DNA of 64,000 nt from an uncultured cyanobacterium (GTDB lineage: Bacteria > Cyanobacteriota > Cyanobacteriia > Cyanobacteriales > Nostocaceae): the NCBI GenBank assembly GCA_963706595.1, contig OY970166.1:3200001-3264000 (forward strand), read 5' to 3'. Positions 32,092 through 44,362 of the stretch are shown piece by piece. The stretch's first letter is position 1. The number at the start of each line of letters is the position of its first letter. Position numbers and translations under genes: made by a program. Under the pieces are notes generated by a model. It was not told where the DNA came from. It did no database searches and was given only the letters and a program-made list of their open reading frames with translations.

Positions 32092-32940
32092 TTAGCTGGA
32101 AGGTACAAGTTTAAATCCTGTTGCATTCAGGATTTCTTTGTCACCTTGTTTGACTATCAGGGTAGATGGACCATTGCCATCTTCTGTGATAGCTTGTGAC
32201 CAAATATAGCGATAATCTCCATTCACCCAACCCATTACACATTCACCACGCCGACAGCTAACTTTACCACCTGTTAAGTTGATACAGTTGCCTTGAGCGT
32301 CACATCCTTTATAAGTCACATTTCCGGTATTGTTAACTCCTAACCAAGAATCGCTATTACTAATGGTGACAGTCCATTTACCATTACTGTAACTTGATGA
32401 GTTACTGGCTTGGGGTTTAGTTGGTGATTGTCCCAAAATTTCCATTTGGGAAATTATCGATTCTTGACGACTTTTACCGCACGGTTCAATGCTTTCGCAA
32501 TCATTTAATGATGCGACTTCATAAGATAGGCGGACTTTCTTATTTAAATATTTTTCTGATTCTGCACAAATTTCAAAGGATGCACTTACATTATGAGTTT
32601 TTCCCTGTTCATCTACTATGGTGGCGTAGCAGATAATATCCCCTGTAACTAACTCTTTAACTGTACCAACTTGCGGTTGATTATTAGCAACTGCTTGAGT
32701 TTTAGGATTATTGGGAGTTGTACTTACTACATCTGTTTTAGGCGGTTTACTACTATTATTTACCGGGGAAGGTTTAGTTTCATTAGAACTTACCGTTGCA
32801 TCCTCTACTTGAGACTCGGTTTGAGTTGTTTCAATAGTATTAGTTGTAGTTTCCCTGACAGTATCAGTTGGCGAATTACCACAGCTAGTAATTAAGATTG
32901 AAGAAACAATTAAAGCAATTGTAGGGATTAACTTATTCAT
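32092..32940 (-). CDS. Putative lipoprotein
   Basis: Lipobox-like ITSC, Ser/Thr-rich linker and paired cysteines. Confidence 0.65.
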   Translation of the reverse strand: MNKLIPTIALIVSSILITSCGNSPTDTVRETTTNTIETTQTESQVEDATVSSNETKPSPVNNSSKPPKTDVVSTTPNNPKTQAVANNQPQVGTVKELVTGDIICYATIVDEQGKTHNVSASFEICAESEKYLNKKVRLSYEVASLNDCESIEPCGKSRQESIISQMEILGQSPTKPQASNSSSYSNGKWTVTISNSDSWLGVNNTGNVTYKGCDAQGNCINLTGGKVSCRRGECVMGWVNGDYRYIWSQAITEDGNGPSTLIVKQGDKEILNATGFKLVPSS

Positions 32941-33046
32941 ATTTTATGCATTAAATTTCTGACATAAACCAACTACAGTCTTCACGTCCACAATTTCGCA
33001 CTTGTAGAGACGCGATTTATCGCGTCTTCTTCATATTATCGCGTCT

Positions 33047-34078
33047 TCATATCTGAGGTTTTGCCAAATTACCAGGAGCAAATGCCCCATTTTCCGTGAT
33101 TATAGCTGTAATTAACTCAGCCGGAGTGACATCAAAAGCCGGATTGTAAAAATCCACACCCGACGGTGTAAGCATAGTCTCCCCCACTTGGTAAATTTCC
33201 TCTGGGTTACGTTCCTCAATGGGAATTTGACTACCATCAGCTAAGGCAAAATCGACGGTAGAAAAAGGCGCTGCCACAAAGAAAGGGATATGATGGGCTT
33301 GAGCTGCGATCGCTACACTATAAGTACCAATTTTATTCGCAGTATCACCATTAGCAGCAATGCGGTCAGCACCCACAACCACAGCATGAATTAAACCCTG
33401 CTGCATACAATGAGCCGCCATGCTATCAGTAATTACCGTAACGGGAATACCTTCTTGAACACATTCCCAAGCCGTAAGTTTTGCCCCCTGCAAACGCGGA
33501 CGAGTTTCATCAGCAAACACACGTTCTAAACGCCCTTCTCGCCACGCCGAACGCACCACACCCAATGCCGTCCCATAACCAGCCGTAGCCAACGCCCCAG
33601 CATTGCAGTGAGTCAGAATCCGCAGCTTTTCCGGGGTGCTAGGTAATGCCTTTAAACCATGATCACCAATCGCCTGACAGGTTTGCACATCCTCAGCATT
33701 AATAGCTTGGGCTGTTTGCAAAAGACGCTGTTTAATTTCAGCCACAGTTCCCAAACTTTCGTAAGCAGTCTTCTTCATCCGGGTAATCGCCCAAAATAAA
33801 TTAACTGCTGTGGGACGAGTAGAACCCAACAACTCAGCGACCTTTTCCAAACCTTCTAAAAACTCATGCTGACTTTCCGTCTCAATTTCCCGCGCCCCCA
33901 GATACATCCCATAAGCAGCAGCCACACCAATAGCCGGCGCACCCCTGACAATCATAGTTTTAATCGCCCGTGCCATATCCTCACTACGGTGAATCTGCAC
34001 AAAAGTATACTCATTAGGTAAACGAGTTTGGTCAATCAGAGAAACCGAATCATTCTGCCAAATAACAGGATAAAGCAT
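33047..34078 (-). CDS. mtnA: Methylthioribose-1-phosphate isomerase
   Basis: [25 protein letters not shown] and NKIGT motifs. Confidence 0.95.
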   Translation of the reverse strand: MLYPVIWQNDSVSLIDQTRLPNEYTFVQIHRSEDMARAIKTMIVRGAPAIGVAAAYGMYLGAREIETESQHEFLEGLEKVAELLGSTRPTAVNLFWAITRMKKTAYESLGTVAEIKQRLLQTAQAINAEDVQTCQAIGDHGLKALPSTPEKLRILTHCNAGALATAGYGTALGVVRSAWREGRLERVFADETRPRLQGAKLTAWECVQEGIPVTVITDSMAAHCMQQGLIHAVVVGADRIAANGDTANKIGTYSVAIAAQAHHIPFFVAAPFSTVDFALADGSQIPIEERNPEEIYQVGETMLTPSGVDFYNPAFDVTPAELITAIITENGAFAPGNLAKPQI

Positions 34079-34190
34079 AAAAAATGGGGTAAATAACTCA
34101 ACTCTTCTCCTCCTCTCTGCGCCTCTGCGCGCGCCACTTGCTCATGGGGGAAACCCCCAAGACCGCAGTGGCTTCTCTGCGTGAAACTTC

Positions 34191-36200
34191 CTACTGAGGA
34201 AAATATGCTATAATCATCGCCACTTGAGGATGATTACGAGCGATCGCCTCCGGTGCATGACCCAGAAGAGAGAACAGCTGACTTTTCTGTTCAACAGTAC
34301 CATTTAACACCAGCAAATCATTAGTTTTAAGTAACCGAGAAACTTGGCGGACAAAATTCCCACGCACCTTTTGAATTGGTGTATCTGGCGGTAGTTCAAT
34401 ATCAGTAAGTTCCACAGTTGCCCCTCTAACTGCTACGACGTGCAACAATTGTAGCGATGCTTTGAGTTCTGTAGCCAAACTTTTAGCTAATTGGATACTT
34501 TGGTTAAAAGAACTAGCATAAGTCTGTTGAGTCGTGAAAGCGATAAACACACGCCTTGTATGTTCAATTGGTAATGGAAATCGAGTTACTAAAACTGGTA
34601 CAGAACTACGATTGACAATCTTATCAATCACACCACCAAATAGATTTTCCTGATAAGTAGAATAACCCTTCCAACCGCAGACAATTACACTAGCTTGTTT
34701 TTCTTCAGCGACACGGGCGATACCCTTATCAATTGATTCATCAATGCGACCAATGGGCGTAACATTAGTAACAGCAGCATGAGCAATCATTTCCGCAGTC
34801 GATAATAATTGCTTTTGTCTGGTTTTATCCTCTGGGGAAATAGTGGAATTCTGCTCAAGTAAAATGTGAAGCGGTAGCAGAGTTCCTTTAGCCGATTTTG
34901 CGAGGAGAATCGCCAATTGTAGCAGATTATCTTCCGTACTGGGGTTAGCAACTGGGACTAAAACGCGATCGCCTATTTTTCCTATCTTCGGGCTTTGAGT
35001 CGTGACTTCTCCAGGCTTCATTTTTTGTCCCCATTGCGCCGTCACCCAAGGAGAAGCAACACAGGTAACTAAAATCATGGCAATAGTACCATTTACAGTC
35101 AATTGGTCAACCAACTCAATATTAAAAGCAACAGTAATCGCCGCTAGAGTAGAAGCAGCTTGAGCTACCGATAGCCCAAACATCACCATAATATTGTCAA
35201 AATTAAATCCAAATAACTTACCTGCACCCCAAGCCGGGATAAACTTGGCAGCAAGAGCAACAGTCACCATCACACCTGATACTACCAGCGCTCGTGGTTC
35301 TTGAAACAGAATGCGGGGATTTACCAACATTCCGACAGAAATCAGGAAAAATGGCACAAATAACGTATTACCGATAAATTGAATCCGATTCATTAACGGG
35401 CTAAGTTGCGGTATCAGTTGGGTAATCGCAACTCCAGCTAAAAAAGCCCCAATAATTGGCTCAATTTGGATTAATTGAGCAGCGTAGGAAACCACAAACA
35501 AACTAGCTAAAACAAAGGTAAACTCTGCCCCTTCGTCATGTCCAAAGCGCTGAAAAAACCAACGTCCCAGACGAGGTAATCCCCACAGAATCAGGAAGGT
35601 ATAAATAATCAGTGAGGGAATCAGAAATAGCCAAAACTGTAAAGTTAAATTACCTTCATGCGCTCTCACTACTACCGCTAACACTAAAAGTGCCAAAATA
35701 TTGGTGATTAATGTTCCTCCCAGAGTGGTAGTCATCACTTGCGATCGCATAATTCCCAGCTTACTAGCTACAGGTAATGCTAATAGGGTATGAGAAGCGA
35801 AACAGGATGCAACCAAAACAGCCGGCAATAAATCATAGCCAATAGCCATCATCCCTCCAGTACCCAATACCATCGGTACTAGAAAAGTCGCCAGCCCAAA
35901 AATTACCGCCTTATCAGCGTTATATCTCATGTCATCCAGGCTAGTTTCCAGTCCCGCCATGAACATGAGAAATAATAAACCGACTGTACCCAGTAGGATA
36001 ATTGTGCTATCTCGTGCTAACAATCCCAGGCCATTAGGACCAACTACAACCCCAGCCAAGATTAATCCCACAATCCCAGGTAGGCGAATTTTCTCAAATA
36101 GCAGGGGAGCGATGAGCATAATCCCCAAAATCATCAAAAACACCGGTACTGGGTCTTTAATGGGTGTTGATATGAGGGTATTCATTAATATATTAGTCAT
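34191..36200 (-). CDS. Cation:proton antiporter (CPA2) with C-terminal USP-like domains
   Basis: Multiple TM helices, LMFMAGLE and RVLVPVANP. Confidence 0.88.
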   Translation of the reverse strand: MTNILMNTLISTPIKDPVPVFLMILGIMLIAPLLFEKIRLPGIVGLILAGVVVGPNGLGLLARDSTIILLGTVGLLFLMFMAGLETSLDDMRYNADKAVIFGLATFLVPMVLGTGGMMAIGYDLLPAVLVASCFASHTLLALPVASKLGIMRSQVMTTTLGGTLITNILALLVLAVVVRAHEGNLTLQFWLFLIPSLIIYTFLILWGLPRLGRWFFQRFGHDEGAEFTFVLASLFVVSYAAQLIQIEPIIGAFLAGVAITQLIPQLSPLMNRIQFIGNTLFVPFFLISVGMLVNPRILFQEPRALVVSGVMVTVALAAKFIPAWGAGKLFGFNFDNIMVMFGLSVAQAASTLAAITVAFNIELVDQLTVNGTIAMILVTCVASPWVTAQWGQKMKPGEVTTQSPKIGKIGDRVLVPVANPSTEDNLLQLAILLAKSAKGTLLPLHILLEQNSTISPEDKTRQKQLLSTAEMIAHAAVTNVTPIGRIDESIDKGIARVAEEKQASVIVCGWKGYSTYQENLFGGVIDKIVNRSSVPVLVTRFPLPIEHTRRVFIAFTTQQTYASSFNQSIQLAKSLATELKASLQLLHVVAVRGATVELTDIELPPDTPIQKVRGNFVRQVSRLLKTNDLLVLNGTVEQKSQLFSLLGHAPEAIARNHPQVAMIIAYFPQ

Positions 36201-36438
36201 ATCCTGCCCTAAAGTTGCGATATCTACAATCAGCTACGCTAACGCCGCTAATTTCGTAGCCATGTTCAGGCACTATACTTAGTTGCACTGACTAAAATAT
36301 TAATACTTTCTCAAAACTTCAATCCCATTCATAGTGTATTAAATATGTATCTTTTAATTGGGGATGGGGACAGGGGAGAGATTACTCCCTAATGGGGCAT
36401 AAAAACTAATATTAATATGAATTCTACCAAGATTAAAT

Positions 36439-36532
36439 CACGACTTACGCAAAAACTCTCTCAAACCATTATTCCTCTGTGTTCTCTGCGTCTGGAGTGG
36501 TTCTTTATTCCGTAATTCGTGCGTAAGTCCTG
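36439..36532. mobile_element. MITE-like element (CAcGACTTACGCA...TGCGTAAGTCCTG)
   Basis: 13-bp terminal inverted repeat with one mismatch. Confidence 0.6.
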
Positions 36533-36645
36533 TAAATATGAAGTTTTTATAAATTTATGACTATGATTTTTTCAGTAAATTAACTCTGACAGTGGCAATA
36601 TCAAAATTCATAGAATAAATAAACTAACTCAATTCTTATTTATTT

Positions 36646-37035
36646 ATGAGATTTTACTCACATTCCTGGGCATTTTTAACTTATTCTTGGGGATTATTAA
36701 CAATTAGTTTTGCTGTTTCATTGCCAGCTCAAGCATCAATTGTTTGTGAACCAGGAACAATTATTAATTATACTAACAACTCATTAGCAGGTTGTATCCT
36801 TGGTCAAGACATGACCGTGCAGTTGTCTAGTGCTAATGCAGGAACATCTAATTTTCCTTGTCGAGCCAAAAGTTATATATCTTTTGATGATAAAGGGCAG
36901 TTTCAGAGTTGCCAACTTGCACAAGAAATTGAAATTAAACAAGGTAACTCTATCACAAAATGCCCAGCAGATTATAGAGTATCTGTTTCAGTTTCAGAGA
37001 ATGGTATTTTCTCTATTAATTGTAGTCGTTATTAA
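36646..37035 (+). CDS. Small secreted Cys-containing hypothetical protein
   Basis: Signal-peptide-like end (PAQA) and six Cys; lies between two MITEs. Confidence 0.6.
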   Translation: MRFYSHSWAFLTYSWGLLTISFAVSLPAQASIVCEPGTIINYTNNSLAGCILGQDMTVQLSSANAGTSNFPCRAKSYISFDDKGQFQSCQLAQEIEIKQGNSITKCPADYRVSVSVSENGIFSINCSRY

Positions 37036-37041
37036 TTTACT

Positions 37042-37154
37042 TGGCGTTGCTGAAACCAAGTATGAATTTAAATGTAGAGACGTTCCATGGAACGTCTCTA
37101 CAGGGGTTTTGACATCATCACAAATCGTGTTCATACTTCAAATCAGCAACACCA
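37042..37154. mobile_element. MITE-like element (TGGCGTTGCTGA...TCAGCAACACCA) enclosing a REP-like palindrome
   Basis: Terminal inverted repeat; internal TGTAGAGACGTTCCATGGAACGTCTCTACA, also at 48968-48997. Confidence 0.6.
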
Positions 37155-37205
37155 TTTACTTAACTGAACATCAACCGAACTCAAAGATGTATTTTCCAAA
37201 ATACT

Positions 37206-37235
37206 TGTAGAGACGCGATTTATCGCGTCTCTACA
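37206..37235. repeat. REP-like palindrome TGTAGAGACGCGATTTATCGCGTCTCTACA
   Basis: Partial copies at about 22659-22683, 33004-33027 and 62321-62347. Confidence 0.8.
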
Positions 37236-37259
37236 TTCTCACCAGATGTCTAATGTTAA

Positions 37260-39167
37260 CTAGACAACAGGAGATGCTTGCTTTTGAAAGAAAGCAGCCA
37301 TAACTCTTTCGGCGATTTGACGGCTAGTTAAACCTAAGTCTGCCTTAGATTCATCCGGTGTCGCATGATCTACCAATATATCTGGTACACCAATCCGCTT
37401 CACAGGAACCACAACATCAGCATCTAGTAATGCTTCAGCCACCGCTGAACCAAAGCCACCCGTAACACAGCCTTCTTCCAAAGTGACAACCCGGCCGATT
37501 TGCTTCGCCAAAGGCAAAATTAATTCTGTATCCAAAGGCTTGACAAAACGGGCATTAATCACAGTCGCTTCAATGCCGTGTTCGCTGAGAATTTCTGCAA
37601 CCTGCATACTGGGATATACCATAGTCCCGTAACCGATGAGTAAAACATCATCACCGTTACGCAGAATTTCTCCCTTACCAATTTCTAAAGGTTCCCAACC
37701 TTCTTCCATCAGGGGAACACCGTAACCATTACCACGGGGGTAACGCATAGCAATTGGTCCACTTGTATGATTAATGCCAGTTACTACCATGCGTTGCAGT
37801 TCGGCTTCGTCTTTAGGTGCCATCATCACCATATTGGGAATACAGCGCAGATACGCGATGTCATACATACCTTGGTGTGTGGGACCATCAGCACCAACAA
37901 TTCCCGCCCTGTCTAAACAGAAGAACACAGGCAGGTTTTGAATACAAACATCGTGAATTATCTGGTCGTAAGCCCGTTGTAAGAAAGTGGAGTAAATAGC
38001 CGCTACAGGGCGCATTCCTTCACTAGCCATAGCTGCCGCTAAGGTAATAGCGTGTTGTTCCGCAATCCCGACATCAATATATTGATTGGGTAGTTTAGCT
38101 TGGAGTTTATCTAAACCTGTTCCCGTAGCCATTGCGGCGGTAATTCCCACAATTTTGGGGTTTTGTTCCGCAAGTTTGACTAAGGTGTGGGAAAAGACTT
38201 TGGCGTAAGCCGGGGGTTTAGGCTTCGTTGAGGGAACCGCTTTACCTGTGGTCAAGTTAAATGGGCTTTGGGCATGGTAGCCTACTTTATCTAGTTCGGC
38301 GATTTCGTAGCCTTTGCCTTTAACTGTAATCACATGGACTAAAACAGGACCTGTCATTTCATGTGCTTGGTTGAAGCTAGAAATTAAGTCTTCTAAATTA
38401 TGCCCATCCACTGGTCCAATATAAGTAAAACCTAGTTCTTCAAAGACTGCACCGACCTTGGGAACCGCTAAACGCTTCATTCCTTCTTTGATGCGTCCCA
38501 GTTCGGGAGACAAGGATTCACCAACAAAGGGAATTTGCTTAAACTGTTCTTCAAAATTATCTTTGATAAACTGCACGGGTGCGCTGAGGCGCATTTTATT
38601 AAGGTAGCGGGGAATTGCGCCGACGTTGGGAGAGATAGACATCTCGTTGTCGTTGAGAACCACCAGCAGTTTTGTTTTCGGTAAGTGTCCCGCATGGTTT
38701 ATGGCTTCTAAAGCCATACCACCAGTTAAAGCACCGTCACCAATTACGGCTACTGATTTAAATTTTTCTCCTTTTAATTCTCCCGCTAAAGCCATACCCA
38801 ATGCGGCGGAAATACTGGTAGAAGCGTGTCCAGCACCAAAGTGATCAAATTTGCTTTCACACCGCTTGAGATAACCAGCAACTCCGGCTTTTTGTCTAAG
38901 GGTATGAAAGTCGTTGTAGCGTCCTGTCAGCAGTTTGTGGGGATAGGCTTGATGTCCCACATCCCAAATGACTTTATCCCGATCTAAATCCAGTGTCTGG
39001 TAAAGTCCTAGTGTTAATTCTACAACTCCCAAACCAGGTCCGAGATGTCCCCCACTTGTGGCTACTGTTTGTAGGTGCTTGTCTCGAATCTGACGGGCGA
39101 TTTGTTGCAATTGTCGGATCGACAAACCATGCAACTGGTTAGGATGGGTGATTTCACTCAGATGCAT
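37260..39167 (-). CDS. dxs: 1-deoxy-D-xylulose-5-phosphate synthase
   Basis: [25 protein letters not shown] and DGPTHQG motifs. Confidence 0.97.
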   Translation of the reverse strand: MHLSEITHPNQLHGLSIRQLQQIARQIRDKHLQTVATSGGHLGPGLGVVELTLGLYQTLDLDRDKVIWDVGHQAYPHKLLTGRYNDFHTLRQKAGVAGYLKRCESKFDHFGAGHASTSISAALGMALAGELKGEKFKSVAVIGDGALTGGMALEAINHAGHLPKTKLLVVLNDNEMSISPNVGAIPRYLNKMRLSAPVQFIKDNFEEQFKQIPFVGESLSPELGRIKEGMKRLAVPKVGAVFEELGFTYIGPVDGHNLEDLISSFNQAHEMTGPVLVHVITVKGKGYEIAELDKVGYHAQSPFNLTTGKAVPSTKPKPPAYAKVFSHTLVKLAEQNPKIVGITAAMATGTGLDKLQAKLPNQYIDVGIAEQHAITLAAAMASEGMRPVAAIYSTFLQRAYDQIIHDVCIQNLPVFFCLDRAGIVGADGPTHQGMYDIAYLRCIPNMVMMAPKDEAELQRMVVTGINHTSGPIAMRYPRGNGYGVPLMEEGWEPLEIGKGEILRNGDDVLLIGYGTMVYPSMQVAEILSEHGIEATVINARFVKPLDTELILPLAKQIGRVVTLEEGCVTGGFGSAVAEALLDADVVVPVKRIGVPDILVDHATPDESKADLGLTSRQIAERVMAAFFQKQASPVV

Positions 39168-39246
39168 ATTATAGGGTGTTCCTCTCTAAACTCTACTTCT
39201 AACATTTTTTGATTTTCCCACGGTGGGGATGCTTGTCAGATTATTT

Positions 39247-39297
39247 GGTCATTAGTCATTAGTCATTAGTCATTAGTCATTAGTCATTGGTCATTAG
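39247..39297. repeat. STRR heptamer tandem array (GTCATTA)n
   Basis: About 7 tandem copies; other STRR arrays at about 44365-44402, 54087-54118, 55391-55423 and 62376-62414. Confidence 0.85.
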
Positions 39298-39301
39298 GAA
39301 G

Positions 39302-40039
39302 TTACAATTTCCCCCCTGCTCCCTGCTCCCTGCTCCCCTGCTTCTTCTCCCCACTCCCCACTATTGGCATTTCTGGTTGTGGCTGCTGTCTTTGTAAATA
39401 ATGACTCAATAAATAAGCCATGTCTCCACGGGTCATGGGTCGTAATGGGGAAATGTTATTTTGGTCATCTGTGTTAATAAATCCTTCCGCAACTACTGTG
39501 GCGATCGCTCTTCTCGCCCATACTGGAATTGATGCTGCATCTGGATGCGGCTCAAGTATTTCGTTTACGGTGCTATCACCAAATTGAAATACACCATAAG
39601 CTTGGGCAAAAATAGCCAAACCTTCTGCCCTGGTGACTCTTTGATTAGGGAAGAACAAATTGCCTCGATATCCTTTCATAATATCAGTTTTAAGAACTGC
39701 CTGAATGTCATTAAATGCCCAATGGGAACGGGGAACATCTGCCACAGTTTTCGCCTCTTGTTGTTTAACAGCTTCGCGTTGGTCGAGTCTAAATGCCTTC
39801 ACCAAAATGGCAGCTAATTCTGCACGACTAATCATCCTTTCTGGATAAAAGTTTCCATCAGGTGAATTGGTCATTAAGTTAGCTGTAATTACCTGTTTAA
39901 TTGCTTGAGATGGCAATGTTTCAGTTGGTTCTAGCGCTCTAGCAACACTTAATGGCAGGTTTTGCAGTAGTAATACTAAAGAAAGAGTACCTAGCAACTT
40001 TCGCATCTTGATCATGATTTTCATTTTGCTACTCTGCAT
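39302..40039 (-). CDS. S-layer homology (SLH) domain protein
   Basis: Three SLH-like repeats (ISRAE, VTRAE, MTRGD); tail encoded by STRR repeats; start uncertain. Confidence 0.85.
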   Translation of the reverse strand: MQSSKMKIMIKMRKLLGTLSLVLLLQNLPLSVARALEPTETLPSQAIKQVITANLMTNSPDGNFYPERMISRAELAAILVKAFRLDQREAVKQQEAKTVADVPRSHWAFNDIQAVLKTDIMKGYRGNLFFPNQRVTRAEGLAIFAQAYGVFQFGDSTVNEILEPHPDAASIPVWARRAIATVVAEGFINTDDQNNISPLRPMTRGDMAYLLSHYLQRQQPQPEMPIVGSGEKKQGSREQGAGGKL

Positions 40040-40380
40040 CTATAAGCAACTGAGAGACTCACCTTTGTGGGTGATGTTCCAAATATTGACGCATTTTCGC
40101 TTGACAAAGTTGCCCTGATTAGGTAGAGAAGTAATTTGGCTATTTTTCTTTAGTAAATCATGGCTCACTAATGATGTGGATGGGCAGTTTTTGCTAATTT
40201 GAATTTAATTAAATTTCCTCCTTTTTGATTTCGTCTGCATAGTCTATATTAACTAACTTTATTGGGACATTTCAGGTTGTTAGTATTCAGATTAATCTAA
40301 AATCTTCCTAATTTAAAATGTCAAGTTACGTTTTATAGGCACTATAGAATCAGCCCTAACAGTGGGGCTGTGAGCATCTA

Positions 40381-40520
40381 ATACCATTTTTTTATCAAGC
40401 TGCATAGAATTCAATCCCCCCTAGCCCCCCTAAAAAAGGGGGGAAAATTTCTTCAAGTCCCCCTTTTGAAGGGGGATTTAGGGGGATAGAGATATATGCA
40501 ACTTCACATTAAATTGGTAT
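40381..40520. mobile_element. MITE-like element (ATACCA...TGGTAT) with internal GC hairpins
   Basis: Imperfect terminal inverted repeats and CCCCC/GGGGG stems. Confidence 0.55.
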
Positions 40521-40772
40521 AACACTGAATCGGCGCAATGAATATCAAGTAATCATGATCACAAATTTAAAAATAATTTTACTGAGGATTAACTGAGAAA
40601 TTTCAGCCAGAGAAATATTATAACCTAACTGCAATTATGCGGTTGTGTAGCTGATAAATCAGGTATTTTGCGGAAATAATGAGGAATTTTGGGTGAGTGA
40701 ATTAGGAATTGCCGAGGATGTAGTATAGTCGGTCGTGATAGAGCATTGACTCAATATTTCAGGAGTTTTGGA

Positions 40773-41483
40773 ATGAGCGCAACAGTAGATCCAGTAAAGT
40801 TGATGAAGCAAGAAGTTGGCAAGGCGGCTGCCGCCCTGGTAAAATCAGGCTCGATAGTCGGTTTGGGTACGGGGTCAACTACAGCTTATACAATTCAGTT
40901 TTTAGGCGATCGCATCAAATCCGGTGAACTTAAAGATATAGTAGGTATCCCTACCTCTTTTCAATCAGAAGTGCTGGCGAAAGAATACGGCGTACCTCTG
41001 ACCACCTTAGATGCTGTTGACCACATTGATATTGCCATTGATGGGGCTGATGAAGTTGACCCCCAGAAAAATTTAATCAAAGGCGGCGGTGCAGCACATA
41101 CCCGTGAAAAAGTAGTAGATTACTTAGCAGCGCAATTTATCGTTGTAGTTGATAGCGGTAAATTAGTCGAGCGTTTGGGTTCCACTTTTGCAGTACCTGT
41201 AGAGGTAATCCCAATGGCCATTACCCCTGTTACCAACGCCATCAAAAAACTCGGTGGTAAACCTGAACTCCGCATGGGTGTTAAAAAAGCCGGTCCAGTA
41301 ATTACGGATCAAGGTAACTTTGTCTTAGATGTCAGATTTGATTCTATTGACGACCCCGTTACCCTAGAAAAAACATTGAATAATATTCCTGGTGTCTTGG
41401 AAAATGGCATCTTTGTAAATTGTGTAGATGTTGTTTTAGTGGGCGAAGTTAAAGACGGTCAGCCTTTAGTGCGTCAACTGTAA
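40773..41483 (+). CDS. rpiA: Ribose-5-phosphate isomerase A
   Basis: GLGTGST, DGADE and KGGG motifs; RBS AGGAG before ATG 40773. Confidence 0.96.
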   Translation: MSATVDPVKLMKQEVGKAAAALVKSGSIVGLGTGSTTAYTIQFLGDRIKSGELKDIVGIPTSFQSEVLAKEYGVPLTTLDAVDHIDIAIDGADEVDPQKNLIKGGGAAHTREKVVDYLAAQFIVVVDSGKLVERLGSTFAVPVEVIPMAITPVTNAIKKLGGKPELRMGVKKAGPVITDQGNFVLDVRFDSIDDPVTLEKTLNNIPGVLENGIFVNCVDVVLVGEVKDGQPLVRQL

Positions 41484-41944
41484 GAGGGGCTAGGGCGTGT
41501 TTTAAAAGTCTAAACGTCGGTTGGGACTGGGAAGAGGCAGAGGGGAAGGGTGCAGGGCTTCGCTGTCAGCGTCAGCCGTAAAGCCTACGGCATAGCTGCG
41601 CTTAGAGCATAGTTTTCCGAAGGGTACGGTGCAGGTAAGAAAATACAGAACCTCACCCCCAACCCCTCTCCTTACTAAGGAGAGGGGAGAATTTGACGCA
41701 ACTTTTTAGGCGGGGTGAGGTCAAAAACCAGAATTTGGATGTTGTTTAATTCATATTCCTAAGCTCGACTTTATCCAAAATTAAGAAATCAGTTTCTTTC
41801 TCTGGCAAAAATCCTGGCTTTTTGGCAAATACTTTTTCTACGTCACAGAGGATCGATGAAGTTAAAAAAGTAAGGTTTCACTTGAGAAAACTTTCACATC
41901 AGGTTAAGCTTCCTTAGCTTAACCGCACGTTATAAAATCAGGCG

Positions 41945-44362
41945 ATGACCAAACCTCTGTCCTCCGTAATTCCTGCTTGCACTTGGAGCCGTCCCATCGG
42001 CTTAGGCTGGGACAAGCCTTATACTGTTCGCTACGCTAGTAATATTGATGATGGACCTTGGCACGGTATGCCTTTAGGTGGCTTTGGTGCGGGTTGTATC
42101 GGTCGTTCTTCACGAGGAGATTTTAATCTGTGGCACATTGACGGTGGTGAACATACGTTTCAAAATATCCCCGCTTGTCAATTTAGTGTATTTGAATCTG
42201 ATGGTACATCTGCTCAAGCTTATGCTTTGGCTACAGAACCGCCGGCAAATGGTAGTCTCGCAGCGTGGAATTGGTATCCAGCATGTACAGCGATACAGTC
42301 AACAGGAACTTATCACGCCTTATATCCCCGGAGTTGGTTTGTTTACGAAAATGTCTTGCAAGCACAGTTAACTTGTGAGCAGTTTTCACCAATTTGGGCA
42401 GAAAATTATCAAGAATCTAGCTATCCGGTGGCGGTGTTTAACTGGAAGGCTCATAACCCTACAAATGCACCTATTACCCTGAGTATTATGCTGACTTGGG
42501 AAAATATGGTGGGCTGGTTTACTAATGCGTTGAAGTCTCCAGAAGTGCGGATACGGGATGATGGTAGTCCGGTTTATGAATATCAGCCACGTTTAGGCGA
42601 TAGTCAAGATAATTACAATTTAATAGTTGAAAATACAGAATACTTTAGTTCTATTTGTAGCCGGGTCGTTGATGATGAGTCAGTAGCAGAAGGCGATGGT
42701 AGTTGGTGTATTGCGACTATCAAACATCCTCAAGTAGAAGTATTTTACAATACTCGCTGGAATCCTGCGGGTACTGGGGCAGATGTGTGGGAAAGTTTTG
42801 CTGCTGATGGTTCTTTGCCTAATTATCAAGATGCTACTCCGGCGTTAGAAAATACACAAATCGGGACGGCGATCGCCCTGCGTTTTACTCTCCAGCCAGG
42901 GGAAACTTTAGACATTCCTTTTGTCCTAGCTTGGGATTTTCCGGTAACAGAATTTGCCGCCGGAATTAATTATTACCGCAGATATACAGACTTTTTTGGG
43001 CGTGGTGGTAATCATGCTGGGGCGATCGCCTCTACTGCTCTGACTCAATATCAAACTTGGTATAAAAACATAGTAAATTGGCAACAGCCGATTATTGATA
43101 GAGAAGATTTACCCGACTGGTTTAAAATGGCTTTATTTAATGAGCTATATGACCTAACTAGCGGTGGAACTCTCTGGAGTGCAGCCTCAGAACTTGACCC
43201 CATTGGTCAATTTGCGGTGCTGGAATGTTTAGATTATCGTTGGTACGAAAGTTTAGATGTGCGGTTGTATGGTTCTTTTGGGCTATTACATCTATTCCCC
43301 GAACTGGAAAAATCGGTGATGCGGGCATTTGCTAGAGCGATTCCCCATAGTGATCATCACCAGCGTGTCATAGGCTATTATTATACCATCGGGGCAGAGA
43401 CAACTACCGCAGTTCGTAAAATCGCAGGTGCAACACCTCACGATTTAGGCGCACCAAATGAACACGTTTGGGAGAAAACAAATTATACCTGCTATCAAGA
43501 CTGCAATTTGTGGAAAGATTTGGGTAGCGATTTTGTCTTGCAAGTATACCGAGATTTTCTGCTAACTGGTGCTGATGATGTCCAGTTTTTGGTAGATTGT
43601 TGGGCGGGAATTGTGCAAACTCTCGACTATCTGAAAACCTTTGATTTAGATGGTGATGGGATTCCTGAGAACTCTGGCGCACCTGACCAAACCTTTGATG
43701 ATTGGCGGTTACAGGGTGTGAGTGCTTATTGTGGGGGTTTGTGGTTGGCGGCTTTAGAGGCGGCGATCGCGATTAGTGATATTTTATTAAAAAACAACCT
43801 TGGCGACCTTGGCGACTTGGCGGTACAAAAATCCACCTACCAAAAATGGTTAACACAGTCACTTCCTGTTTATCAAGAAAAGCTCTGGAATGGTCAGTAT
43901 TTTCGCTTAGATAGTGAGAGTGGTTCTGATGTGGTGATGGCGGATCAATTGTGTGGACAATTCTATGCGCGGTTATTGGGATTACCGGATATTGTACCAA
44001 GCGATCGCGCCTTGTCTGCTTTACAAACTGTTTATGATGCTTGCTTCCTCAAATTCTGTGATGGTGAATTTGGGGCGGCTAACGGTGTGCGTCCTGATGG
44101 TTCACCAGAAAACCCTAATGCTACCCATCCTTTGGAAGTCTGGACAGGAATTAATTTTGGACTGGCGGCTTTTCTCGTCCAAATGGGAATGCAGGATGAA
44201 GCATTGAAGTTAACAGGCGCTGTGGTACAGCAAATTTATGACAATGGGTTACAATTCCGCACACCGGAAGCGATTACCGCCTCTGGGACTTTCCGTGCTA
44301 GTACCTATCTGCGGGCGATGGCTATTTGGGCAATTTATCTCATGATTGATTCCAAAATATAG
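41945..44362 (+). CDS. GH116 family glycoside hydrolase (non-lysosomal glucosylceramidase-like)
   Basis: GMPLGGFGAG, LECLDY, WKDL, DQTFDDW and FRTPEA motifs. Confidence 0.9.
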   Translation: MTKPLSSVIPACTWSRPIGLGWDKPYTVRYASNIDDGPWHGMPLGGFGAGCIGRSSRGDFNLWHIDGGEHTFQNIPACQFSVFESDGTSAQAYALATEPPANGSLAAWNWYPACTAIQSTGTYHALYPRSWFVYENVLQAQLTCEQFSPIWAENYQESSYPVAVFNWKAHNPTNAPITLSIMLTWENMVGWFTNALKSPEVRIRDDGSPVYEYQPRLGDSQDNYNLIVENTEYFSSICSRVVDDESVAEGDGSWCIATIKHPQVEVFYNTRWNPAGTGADVWESFAADGSLPNYQDATPALENTQIGTAIALRFTLQPGETLDIPFVLAWDFPVTEFAAGINYYRRYTDFFGRGGNHAGAIASTALTQYQTWYKNIVNWQQPIIDREDLPDWFKMALFNELYDLTSGGTLWSAASELDPIGQFAVLECLDYRWYESLDVRLYGSFGLLHLFPELEKSVMRAFARAIPHSDHHQRVIGYYYTIGAETTTAVRKIAGATPHDLGAPNEHVWEKTNYTCYQDCNLWKDLGSDFVLQVYRDFLLTGADDVQFLVDCWAGIVQTLDYLKTFDLDGDGIPENSGAPDQTFDDWRLQGVSAYCGGLWLAALEAAIAISDILLKNNLGDLGDLAVQKSTYQKWLTQSLPVYQEKLWNGQYFRLDSESGSDVVMADQLCGQFYARLLGLPDIVPSDRALSALQTVYDACFLKFCDGEFGAANGVRPDGSPENPNATHPLEVWTGINFGLAAFLVQMGMQDEALKLTGAVVQQIYDNGLQFRTPEAITASGTFRASTYLRAMAIWAIYLMIDSKI